Source of the DNA: a virus
Direction: 5' to 3' (one strand)
IMG/VR virus record: IMGVR_UViG_3300022743_000002
Coordinates: 1-64,000 of that record
DNA: 64,000 bases
Positions 27,901 to 34,980 of the stretch are shown here, piece by piece; the stretch's first letter is position 1, and every line of letters starts with the position of its first letter. The notes under the pieces are model-generated. The model was given only the letters and a program-made list of their open reading frames with translations, ran no database searches and had not been told where the DNA came from. A program made the translations under genes and the position numbers.

Positions 27901-28548
27901 CTTCAGCGTCATATCAGACGCCATGCGCCTCACCGTTGCGCCAACCTTGAAAGCCGTGCGAGGTGGAACCTCAAGCACTGAAGTGGTCACAAGGTCGTCG
28001 TATCTGTGCTCGCTCACGAGCGCCGTGATTTCTTTCCCGACCCTGTCCTTGAAGGTAACCACATCGCCAGGCTGGAACTTCGCCCTGGACGGTTTCGACT
28101 CCTGCACTGGCGCCTTGTCCGCAAACAGATCCGGCGTCTCGCCCTTCTCCGGCTCCTTTTCCGCCACGGCATCGAACATGGCCGACACTTCAGCGGGAGT
28201 TTTTCCGGCCAGCTTCGCCATTTCAGCGAATAGAGCCTGCTGCTGTCCTTCGGAAAGACCGGCGATTGTGGAACCAAGCAAGCGCAGGCCGCCATGGCGG
28301 GCGATGAATGCGTCCAGCTTGGAGCGCTTTACTGCCGGCGCTGGAGCATTGTGCTCGGCAAACATATCCAGCGTAGCGTGGTGCGCCGGCGCCGGTGCGC
28401 GCTTTACCGACACTTTCTGGATGCGCACATGGGCATCGACTAACGCGCCATCTTTGCGGACATGGGCCGCAACGTGGACGGGCGCGTCAAACAGATTGAA
28501 TTGGGATTTGGTAAAAAAGATGAGCATGTGACAGCCTTCTGGGAGCAT
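21940..28548 (-). CDS. DarB-like N6-adenine methyltransferase / SNF2 helicase fusion
   Basis: 2202 aa; EFYT, LEPSCATG, GNPPYG methylase motifs; DDVGLGKT, DEMH, TATP, QRNGRGLRQGN helicase motifs. Confidence 0.9.
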   Translation of the reverse strand: MLPEGCHMLIFFTKSQFNLFDAPVHVAAHVRKDGALVDAHVRIQKVSVKRAPAPAHHATLDMFAEHNAPAPAVKRSKLDAFIARHGGLRLLGSTIAGLSEGQQQALFAEMAKLAGKTPAEVSAMFDAVAEKEPEKGETPDLFADKAPVQESKPSRAKFQPGDVVTFKDRVGKEITALVSEHRYDDLVTTSVLEVPPRTAFKVGATVRRMASDMTLKHRAPAKPEPVKPPKAEVKPAREVDESDQDRSHREWREHYDRIVNLSAADLVREGTKDLERASNYGAQKIAAEKRKGWDGGSVNTALINSMQVDVDAIDAELKRRRDKRDAKAGKIKTVSAEKVQTQPAKPAEVENKPAPVLVVPHDPTAPFGVPAGTSKKKRLAINSDVVKRLADGGPYSDADRALFRQYSGNGGCGDSLNEFYTDPEVARGMWTAIAALGVTGGTALEPSCATGVFLHTAPAGFKVTGVELDPTSAAAATALHGDRHEIHTASLERFATSDDRQFDVVIGNPPYGPRGFLAKDDKKDISTAEAYFTDTALDKCKPGGIVALVVPTGIMDSKTNRSLRERLLTKGEFLGAQRMPNTAFEHSHTEVTTDVIYLRKRPDDVAGALGTVDQATLQKLGVWDAEFISGEYFTGRGASNVLGTMTEGWRAKAGMGNDITVEGSMDGVADAIADFTPESESAPAISVTMHHILGALGDDQKAKDRALSAAFRRPYANIAKVGDTKVVDGVTYVLQGDPPRWHSVDEYMQTAAISDAEALGVEIEMAKRGVVRDGLADRVRAYVEKHGNPNDSVDVKTAANVNKIIFNLLGAVNRKGELSDLVTGTVRKTESGFDATAQALALQHNGDTFDAAELADRLGKTVDEVEDQLAADQRYAFAVGGWTTMDAYLTGDLWLRLDAAKKELETNAHPELADKLRLQIERLEKTIDPKSLDDVDIQVNSAFIPTHILSEFMTWKLHDGPDANDWTKKERAIDVKFDSGVYFITGGNSYSTEYKALNAYLNRGTKDAKMMKEYRPVIDALNVEFKDWLCASAHRDAIEEKYNRSFRGFVAPEYSNEPIEVPGLNPNKSVRDWRWSSLRRSLATGKGIIADDVGLGKTLGGLLLARMAKVQGTTKRPVIVAPKSVLANWYSETQDWFPGSKVLTIGANFAKDKDGMLVGVDDTADERKRKYHDMTQNDYDFVIISEPSFEEIDITPERKEQYYSEDFWVQRGDKLDNVGDKRRKAIKENFEQSVAQREFSERTNAVYFEDLGIDMLIADEMHHQKNLYSARARFGDQPKFLGGQGLSNRALDFNMKARWIRETNGGKNVHGLTATPTKNSPLEVYSMLSHIAPEAFERIGIRNSEEFLDRFCEFVPDKVLSTKGDIEDATVVAGFKNMDELREIMSRYIDRRTAAEVGLKLPSRDDRMHLVDMTRAQQDAYAELRELAEESSGKKDATGDSHIFSIMDKMHKAALDLSILDPVRYAGAESPKYKELAKQCLEGAKEGGQIVFSELIESHDKIVAALVDAGFKKSEIGIINADVAKSSVKRQNIADKLNAGIFKVVIGNCTMAEGLNMQKTTTDIHHMDVPWDPATLQQRNGRGLRQGNNKEAVRIHTYLSKGSFDGYRYQAVSAKKDWQDILWNGGDKVENLARQGKVSRDEMRIMLAADPEAARAEFEKDKDEATKRFDAGKREDAQAQYVRFTEISRTYKSMKNRDSVSGQRLRQKIEAAKTALFNNAYWPAKSALDSVTDVLIHPQSGTVLAANQGMEFPDEGKMVVTGVNMRAGTVTMRRHANIGGGRDVTVPVDKLSDAKPFKFDAETEASEVGAAMTAQAEAKLNSLTSWNEVKVMPSAVLEKNHDLIQRQIKDGAKSHKFSMPYGAIPMVDKATGEIKMAESYEHAKLHDTHDYLLPTDAAKEKAIQAWMDERRGAKIGIQNVSKGSGRGRGSRSGASVSSAAREYKGASYTEKHINPMRGLLRELSGVSTHGIDSPLEREAKSRLATEQVQRIRRAPSALDAINELLPLGSLHGSREGYGADSSFYAKYPKQALAMAWARARHLGQLDATIPMRHGGHNDYAWSHAHGKTIHSALIRMARNSGHDDLADAFAATGERHGLSKVHTDTLEAMTHGPEYHKPSSRALEQIGKLAERAGVMDDTIGQLANKNIRLGGAFTPSSSYYNYGREDKNRKTVREVLDAQLDAQRHKEHQERLENQQAKEAA

Positions 28549-28554
28549 CCCCAG

Positions 28555-28570
28555 AGGGTAGCGTCACGAT
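28555..28570 (-). promoter_or_regulatory. Late-promoter motif
   Basis: ATCGTGAC-GC-TACCCT-N6-ATG. Confidence 0.8.
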
Positions 28571-28572
28571 GC

Positions 28573-30903
28573 TCAGCGCGGCGCCAGGAATACTACAGGC
28601 ATAGACTTTGTAATGTCTGGATTAGAGCCATCGAACTCGCCATTGTTGCCGATAGCCGATTTGATCTGCGTCGGATCAAAAACGACGTACTCAGCGGGGT
28701 AGTCACCGTTCTGGATGTGCCCGTAGCTCAAAATTACACCGTCGTGGCCCTTGGCGGCCAGTTCCTGCGTCCACTTCGCGGCAGCTTCATTGTCACCGCG
28801 GCGCTCGGCGAGCATCAGCCGCTGCTTGTCTTCCAGTGTGGCCTGATACGGGTTCTTTAGGCTCAGGTAGACAGGCATCACGTTGGGTGACGCGCCAGCC
28901 TTGAGGTTGGTGTAGCTGTTGGAGATTTCGGTGTCGTTGGTGAAGTAGAAGCCCTGACCGAGCCAGCCGTTGTCTTTTTTGTTGGCGTGGCCGTGCTTGA
29001 ACTCAGCGAAGTCATCAGCGGTTCCGTGATAAACGATCAACGGCTTACCATTCCCGTCAACCACTTTACTGCCTCGAAACCAGGTCTTGAACTTCGCGGT
29101 TTCGGTTGGATGCTGGAGCGCGGCCGGCTTCGGGGCCAGTCCAGCAGCCACAGCCTGCAACGCCTTCCTGGGGTCTACAAACTCCAATTTGGTGCCCATG
29201 TCGGTGTGACCGACGCGGATCAGGCTCTTGATGTGCGGGCGCACGGCGTGTGACGTGATGCCGAACACCTCGGCGGCCGCTGGAATGAACCACTTGAGCC
29301 CAGATGAGCCAGCTTTCAGGCCTAGCCGATTTAGGTCCATATCCGTGACTTCGCCGCCGGCCATCAACCGATCGCGCATGGCGGCCAGCGCGGTGGCGCG
29401 ATCGGCCTTGTTTTTGGCGGAACTCTCGCGGTTCGATAGCCACTGCTTGCCCTGCGCCGCAGCATCCTCCGGCTTCGCGTGGTACGCGCTCAAAATATCT
29501 TTGCCCGGGAGCTCGACCGCGTAGTGGCCAGCGATTAGCCCTTTGCCGCGCGACCAGGTTGTGCCCTCGGGGAAATCGGACAGCAGGTGGTCGTGCTCGT
29601 GCTCGCCCGCGGGCTCGGTGTGCTGGAGCTCGTCGGCGAACATATCTGGCGTGTGAGTTACCGCGTCCTTGCCGTTCAGCGGGCTCGGCCCCATCGGTTT
29701 GCCGCTCATGGGGCCGCCAAATAGGCTCATTTGCCCGGGCGTAGCATGCGGGCGCGCAGATCGACCCTGATACCCAGCGACGTTCACCAGACGACCGCCA
29801 CGCAGGTACGGGCCAACATGGGATTTGAAGAACAAGACCATGCTCTTGGCGATGGTGGCGCCGCCGGCCGTACCTCGGCTTTCCACGCCGTTGTCGTCGT
29901 TGAACTTCTTGGCGACCTTGATCAACTCCATCGCCGGCATGCCGATCTTGATGATGGGTAGCTGCTTGCCTTCGAGCGCAGCGACGGCCCAGCGGTGGTG
30001 ACCGTCGAGCACGCGATTGTCGGACGACACCAGAATGCGGGTTTTGGCGTCGTACCGGCCCGCCCGCGTCTCGTCCGTCAGGTAGTCCATATTGGCGGCG
30101 TTGTAGGTGCCCTGGGTCGGCTTCAGTTCGGACGGGTTCACCGTGGCCTCGGTCACGGAAACACCTGACTCACGCAGCCCGTTCAAGAACTTTTCTTTCA
30201 CGCCGCTCGGAACCTGGGGCATGTCATCCCGGCGGATGCCAAGCGACGGCTTGAACATTTCCGCGTACTGCTGGTGCCGCTGGCGCTTGTCTTCGTGGGC
30301 CTGCACCACAGTTCCATCGGAGCGGGTGTAGGTATCGACGTGGGCCTTCAGCAGCAGCGCCTTGATCATGGCAGGCTTGTCGATCGTGGCGCGCACCTTG
30401 GAAACGAACTCGGCCACCGGCATGGCGGTGATGGGGCCCAGGAAACGCGGGTCGGTGTAGTTGGCCAGAAATGCCTGCTTGGCGTCTTCCTCGCTATCGA
30501 ACCCGGCCATGGCCTTGTCTTCATCGTAGCGGGTCCAGTCGCCATAGGTGTTCTGGTGCACCACGTAGACCATGGGCGCGTCCGGGTTCGGGCCCATGTA
30601 GATATCGACCGGGTCACCATCCACGCCCATGGATCCGACCACCTCGCCGTAGTCGTAGGACATGCGGATTTCCCAGGCCTCGCCGGACCGGTTCACGCCG
30701 CGGCGCACGGATCCCGCCGGATTCTCAATTGCCAGCGTCAGTCCCTGCCATTCGATGCGTGGCTTCTTGTAGGCGCCCTCGCCGGCCTGGGCGGCACTGG
30801 GCTCGCCGGGGTTTCGGCGAACTTCGCCTTCCCCCAGGTCGGCAGGCTTGGCGGCGCCGCTCATTGCCTGTGTGACGGGGTGGGATTTGAGGAAAACGAT
30901 CAC
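28573..30903 (-). CDS. Polyvalent protein: inorganic pyrophosphatase-like, ParB-like and ADP-ribosyltransferase (ART-PolyVal-like) domains
   Basis: 776 aa; DYG..DGDPVD..DEDK; LKPTQ..VLDGHHRW; VYHGT..GFYFT..LKNP..HDGVI..EYVVFDPTQIKS. Confidence 0.85.
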   Translation of the reverse strand: MIVFLKSHPVTQAMSGAAKPADLGEGEVRRNPGEPSAAQAGEGAYKKPRIEWQGLTLAIENPAGSVRRGVNRSGEAWEIRMSYDYGEVVGSMGVDGDPVDIYMGPNPDAPMVYVVHQNTYGDWTRYDEDKAMAGFDSEEDAKQAFLANYTDPRFLGPITAMPVAEFVSKVRATIDKPAMIKALLLKAHVDTYTRSDGTVVQAHEDKRQRHQQYAEMFKPSLGIRRDDMPQVPSGVKEKFLNGLRESGVSVTEATVNPSELKPTQGTYNAANMDYLTDETRAGRYDAKTRILVSSDNRVLDGHHRWAVAALEGKQLPIIKIGMPAMELIKVAKKFNDDNGVESRGTAGGATIAKSMVLFFKSHVGPYLRGGRLVNVAGYQGRSARPHATPGQMSLFGGPMSGKPMGPSPLNGKDAVTHTPDMFADELQHTEPAGEHEHDHLLSDFPEGTTWSRGKGLIAGHYAVELPGKDILSAYHAKPEDAAAQGKQWLSNRESSAKNKADRATALAAMRDRLMAGGEVTDMDLNRLGLKAGSSGLKWFIPAAAEVFGITSHAVRPHIKSLIRVGHTDMGTKLEFVDPRKALQAVAAGLAPKPAALQHPTETAKFKTWFRGSKVVDGNGKPLIVYHGTADDFAEFKHGHANKKDNGWLGQGFYFTNDTEISNSYTNLKAGASPNVMPVYLSLKNPYQATLEDKQRLMLAERRGDNEAAAKWTQELAAKGHDGVILSYGHIQNGDYPAEYVVFDPTQIKSAIGNNGEFDGSNPDITKSMPVVFLAPR

Positions 30904-32060
30904 TTTGGTTCCTTGCGCGGCATGGCCGCCAGCTTGTCACGCATCCATTGCCCGAACTCCACATCGTCACCTGGCCGGTCCTGAATCGTCGGAACCCAGC
31001 GCCCACGGCAATGCGGGTGCACCAGGCCGACTGGCACCTGCCACATCTCCTCGGGCTCGCGCTCCTTGAACACGGACCCCACGCGCTTGCGTGGGCTGGC
31101 GCTTCGCCCAACGTTGGTTTTGCCCGGCCAAATCATGGTCTCCGGGTCCTTGTCCTCGCGGGCGGCGTCCACGACTTCCATGACGCGGCCGTCGATTTTG
31201 CGACAGAACGCACAGGCGTTTTTGTACTGCTCGACACGCTTGACCTTGGTGCCCATGGGTAGAGACGACACGTAGCCGGCGGTCTGTGCTTCGCCGGCCT
31301 CGGTCACGGCGATCCGCCGCCAGTCGCGGTTCAGCGTGCCGAACTGGTCGAGGAGCTTGGTCTCCAGACTCGACGACGGTGCCGGCAGTCCGAGCTCGCG
31401 CTCCGTGACGTGCTCGGCAATGACGCCACGCATGCGGTGCCGGACGTCATTGGCGATGTTGCGGACATTCTCGGCACAGCGGGTTTCAGCGTGAGCCATG
31501 GTAGCGCGCTGTGCGACGGTGCCGCCAAACGCCGCAATGGCCTCAGCGGCCGTGCTCGGCATGGCCGCCAGCAGCACGTCGGCCTGCTTGGCGTCGGCGG
31601 CCTCCATGTTGGCCTGCACGCGCCCCATGAGGCTGGCACGTGTCGACAACCAGTCGGCCTCGGTGCGCATGTCGTCTGCAGGCAGGTAGCGCTGCACCGT
31701 CGCGTCGACGGCAAGCATGTGGTCTTCCAGCGTCCAATCGGACGGCGGGAGGTGTTCGAGGTAGATATGGACCAGAGAGAGCTCGCTTTGCGTCCATCGC
31801 TCCATCATGCCGCCAGGGCGAATGATGCGCTCGCCGGGCTTGTGTCGGACGCCGGCGGTCCAGGCCTGAATCTCGGTGCGCACGGCGTCAAGGCGATCGA
31901 GACCGCGCTGCGTGAAAAGCTCGACCAGGCGACGCAGCAACGGGCTATCCATTGGCGCCCAGATGCCGTCGTCGTGGTCATGCGTGGACTTGCACAGGAA
32001 CTCCAGAGCGTCGTTTGTGACGCGCTCACCAAGTTCAATTAAATCGACGAACAAAGACAT
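30900..32060 (-). CDS. MuF-like head morphogenesis protein
   Basis: 386 aa; RIAVTE, ACAFC and HPHCRG motifs. Confidence 0.8.
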   Translation of the reverse strand: MSLFVDLIELGERVTNDALEFLCKSTHDHDDGIWAPMDSPLLRRLVELFTQRGLDRLDAVRTEIQAWTAGVRHKPGERIIRPGGMMERWTQSELSLVHIYLEHLPPSDWTLEDHMLAVDATVQRYLPADDMRTEADWLSTRASLMGRVQANMEAADAKQADVLLAAMPSTAAEAIAAFGGTVAQRATMAHAETRCAENVRNIANDVRHRMRGVIAEHVTERELGLPAPSSSLETKLLDQFGTLNRDWRRIAVTEAGEAQTAGYVSSLPMGTKVKRVEQYKNACAFCRKIDGRVMEVVDAAREDKDPETMIWPGKTNVGRSASPRKRVGSVFKEREPEEMWQVPVGLVHPHCRGRWVPTIQDRPGDDVEFGQWMRDKLAAMPRKEPK

Positions 32061-32066
32061 GCTGGC

Positions 32067-32082
32067 AGTATGCGATCACGAC
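32067..32082 (-). promoter_or_regulatory. Late-promoter motif for MuF
   Basis: GTCGTGAT-CG-CATACT-N6-ATG. Confidence 0.8.
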
Positions 32083-32252
32083 GAAAAGCCGGAGCGGTTT
32101 CCAGCCCCGGCGATCCGGCGCGACCCTGGCACGGCGCGTAAACGCCGGAAAGGAACCGACCTCCAACCCTCAATGGACGTCGGCGCCATGTCGCGCTGCG
32201 GCCTTTATATCCCGAATGAACCGCAAACGGTCACGCTCAAGCCAACACTAAC
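32083..32252 (-). ncRNA. Candidate structured ncRNA B (~170 nt, late promoter)
   Basis: Own copy of the promoter motif with no ATG at +1; nested stems; ends in a GC hairpin plus T4. Confidence 0.55.
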
Positions 32253-32258
32253 AATGGC

Positions 32259-32274
32259 AGTGTGCAGTCACGAC
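32259..32274 (-). promoter_or_regulatory. Late-promoter motif with no downstream start codon
   Basis: GTCGTGAC-TG-CACACT-N6-G. Confidence 0.7.
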
Positions 32275-32300
32275 AAAAAAACCCGGCACAAGGCCGGGTT
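32275..32300 (-). terminator. Rho-independent terminator
   Basis: AACCCGGC-CTTGT-GCCGGGTT followed by a T run. Confidence 0.85.
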
Positions 32301-32305
32301 AAAAG

Positions 32306-32570
32306 CTCCGACCCAGGGAGGAAAGGCCGGCCACTTGCGTGGGGGTTGATGGCGGCCGAAGGTGATCACCCTGCTATCGACCGGGAACCCCCAGCCGTTC
32401 GGCATCTTCGCCATCAAGAATGAGACCTTACCACTGGCTGCATCCGCGTTTAAGTAGATACACCATAATCTCATACTTGATGACCCTGCAAGCAGGCATC
32501 AAGGGCACCTAACGGGTACCAGTCGACGTGATTAAGTGCCGTCGCACGGAGTTGTCTACTCAGGTCCGAA
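32306..32570 (-). ncRNA. Candidate structured ncRNA A (~265 nt)
   Basis: Multiple 8-12 bp stems and an imperfect 5'/3' closing stem, directly followed by a terminator; no credible ORF. Confidence 0.55.
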
Positions 32571-32592
32571 AACTAATTCTAATCACAAATAA

Positions 32593-33189
32593 CTATATTT
32601 GTGCAATGCCGCGCAAATATATTTCATCAAAAATAGCATCGAGTACGGGGTGACGCTGGCTCATGGCCGTTACCACCTGGCGCGCATCGCTGTAATACTT
32701 GCGCTTTCTGTCTGCGCCCCAAGCCGGTGGCATAACCAGCAGGTCCCGCAAGTTAGCAGTCTTGTCTGCCACCTTCACGGCGGCCGCCCTGGGGCTCATG
32801 GTTTGCGCGTGGGCTACCTGCATCGCCAGCTTGTCTTCGGGCTTCACGTCTTCGTTCGTGAGCTCCGCCACGGCGTCGGCAACGTCATGACCAAATTCAG
32901 CCACCAGGTTTTCGTGGCTGACGCCGCAGTCCTCAATGGTGTCGTGCAGCAGAGCCGTGATCAGCGTGGCGTCATCGGTGACGCCAGCCTCATCGTGCAG
33001 GATTCGGGCGACTGCGCGCGGGTGTTCGATGTAGGGAACCTTGGGCGCGCCAGGCTGGCCCTTGCGGTACTGGCCGGTGTGGGCCCGCTCCGCGAACTTG
33101 TCGGCGCGCCTGACGTGAGGGGAAACGTAAACGCCATTGCGGCGGGTATGGCCCGCCACATGAACCGTTGATTTGAACAAGAGGATCAC
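32593..33189 (-). CDS. HD-domain (p)ppGpp hydrolase-like protein (SAH/Mesh1 family)
   Basis: AHTGQYRK, PYIEHP, ALLHDTIED, VKVADKTANLRD; N-terminal ILLFK|S tag. Confidence 0.88.
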   Translation of the reverse strand: MILLFKSTVHVAGHTRRNGVYVSPHVRRADKFAERAHTGQYRKGQPGAPKVPYIEHPRAVARILHDEAGVTDDATLITALLHDTIEDCGVSHENLVAEFGHDVADAVAELTNEDVKPEDKLAMQVAHAQTMSPRAAAVKVADKTANLRDLLVMPPAWGADRKRKYYSDARQVVTAMSQRHPVLDAIFDEIYLRGIAQI

Positions 33190-33398
33190 GCCTGATCCCT
33201 GGTCTCGGCCTTTTGTTCACCCATGTAGGGCTTCACTTCGTCGAGGGTCATGGGGTTGCTCAGCCTACGTACCCTGTCGACGTCGCCTTCGTAGGGCTTC
33301 CATTGGCCGGTCCGCTCTAGGTAGACCTCCATCTTGCCGCCGGCATCCCGGAAAACAGCCCCCTCGACCTCAAAATACTGCTCAGTTCCCATTTTCAC
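33186..33398 (-). CDS. 70 aa hypothetical protein between synthetase and hydrolase (candidate antitoxin/regulator)
   Basis: Overlaps both neighbours; function inferred from position only. Confidence 0.65.
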   Translation of the reverse strand: MKMGTEQYFEVEGAVFRDAGGKMEVYLERTGQWKPYEGDVDRVRRLSNPMTLDEVKPYMGEQKAETRDQA

Positions 33399-34980
33399 GC
33401 CCCTTCAAATTCCACAAGATCATTCTAGGCGTTGGCATAGATTTAGTCAAATTTGATGATTCATTCTGTTGTTGTTTCTCACCAGCCTTAGCTTTCTCCC
33501 AGGCATCACCGTAGAGAGACTCCTGCTCTTTCATGGCGGCGGCGTGCGTCTCACGGTCCTTGGCGTCCCATTTGCTTGTATCTGAGCCAACGCCATTCTC
33601 GCGATATTTACCTTCTATTGATCGCGTTGTCTCGTATGGCTTGTGGCCTTTTTCCTTGGCCAGCGTCATTGGCTTCACGTGCACCTGCATCTCGGCGAGC
33701 ATGCCGTTGGGTAGCCGCATGATCATGTTGATATCGCGGTAGCCGCCCGGCAATGGCTTGACCAGGTTGTTCTTGGGCTTCTGCGCCAGCTCGATGCCGG
33801 CCGCCTTGAGCTCGGCGAGCACCTTCGGGATTTGGGTGACGCCAGGCACTGCGATTGTGGCGCGCACCATGTCGCGCAGCTGCGACCAGTCGCCGTCGTA
33901 GTCCTGGGCGACCTTCTCCTTGGCGCGCTTCTCGCCCTTGAGCGGGCCCATGAACAGGTAGCCGCGATCGTCGTCCCAGTGCTCGGGCAGCATGTAGTCG
34001 GTGTCGGACAGGTCGGCCGGATTGCGGCCTTCCTTCTCGGCGTTGATCTTCTCCTCGTGCTGGGCGTGGTCCAGCGACTGCGGGCGCTTGCCGGTCACCA
34101 GACCAAGATTCTGCGCGACCTTGCTGAGCATATCGCTGTACTGCTTCAGGCCTTCCTCGCCCTTGGACTTCAGTTCATCCCATGACTGGACAGGCTGATT
34201 GACCTTGGTCGGCAGCTTATCGAGCTCTGAGGTATCGAATAGCGCGCGAGCGATCCCCTCGGCGCCGTCGGGGGCCGGCTTTGGCGTTCCCGGCGCGTCT
34301 ACCTGGTTGGGTTGCGTCTCCTGGTGCGGACTCGCGTCCGGCTTACCTTCGCCGCCCCAGTGGTGGGTAATTTTGTCATGCGTTACAAGGTGTTGGCCAC
34401 CGGCGCTGTCCCGGACACGCACGCCGTCCTTGCCGGATGCCGTTACCTCGCCGTGCCCCTTGTGCTCGCCATTGGCAAAGCCGACGTGCTGGCCGCGCTG
34501 GGCCGGCGGGCTACCCTGGTCAGTGCTGACCCACTTGGTAGTTTGAACGCCATTCTTATCAGTGATTACCTTCTTTTGCAGACCGGGTGCACCAGCGTAG
34601 GTTCCCGGCGCTGACGCCTTCATAAATAGCATGACGGGCCGCGTGTGCCCCATTGATTTAGCGACCATTGGGTCTTCCTTGGATTCGTTTGGTATTGCCA
34701 CAAATCGACGCCGGCCGGACTTGTCCTCGACCAGCATGCCATCCTCTCCTTGATCGACGACGGCGTATTTTTGCAGGGCCCGGGTCTTGTGACCAAGGAC
34801 CTTGTCCCATCGGACCGGGTGATGGCCGCCGTCAATCTCGACGGTTACGCCGTGCTTTCCGTGCGCCTTGACCAAGCCGGTGCGCGGTTGTCCGCGGTGG
34901 TGCACATACAGATGGTCGCCCACCTCGACGTCGTGGCGCGGCTCCGGCTCCGGGCGCGGCTTAGGCTTCTGGTAGGTCAT
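33382..34980 (-). CDS. RelA/SpoT-type small alarmone synthetase domain protein with N-terminal SH3/KOW-like modules
   Basis: GPLKGEKRAKEK, LRDMVRAT, GGYRDIN and AEMQVH synthetase motifs. Confidence 0.85.
   Translation of the reverse strand: MTYQKPKPRPEPEPRHDVEVGDHLYVHHRGQPRTGLVKAHGKHGVTVEIDGGHHPVRWDKVLGHKTRALQKYAVVDQGEDGMLVEDKSGRRRFVAIPNESKEDPMVAKSMGHTRPVMLFMKASAPGTYAGAPGLQKKVITDKNGVQTTKWVSTDQGSPPAQRGQHVGFANGEHKGHGEVTASGKDGVRVRDSAGGQHLVTHDKITHHWGGEGKPDASPHQETQPNQVDAPGTPKPAPDGAEGIARALFDTSELDKLPTKVNQPVQSWDELKSKGEEGLKQYSDMLSKVAQNLGLVTGKRPQSLDHAQHEEKINAEKEGRNPADLSDTDYMLPEHWDDDRGYLFMGPLKGEKRAKEKVAQDYDGDWSQLRDMVRATIAVPGVTQIPKVLAELKAAGIELAQKPKNNLVKPLPGGYRDINMIMRLPNGMLAEMQVHVKPMTLAKEKGHKPYETTRSIEGKYRENGVGSDTSKWDAKDRETHAAAMKEQESLYGDAWEKAKAGEKQQQNESSNLTKSMPTPRMILWNLKGRENGN

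Noticed and set aside
32316-32334. GGAGGAAAGGCCGGCC resembles the RNase P RNA GAGGAAAGUCC signature
   Set aside because: The matching 3' ACAGAACCCGGCUUA element is absent and the terminator indicates the opposite strand
32426-32448. tRNA-like 5' half on the minus strand
   Set aside because: No T-arm (GTTCRA) or complementary acceptor strand follows, so it is not called as a tRNA
32268-32474. 68 aa ORF in the track
   Set aside because: No RBS, runs through a terminator and a promoter, and overlaps strong RNA stems
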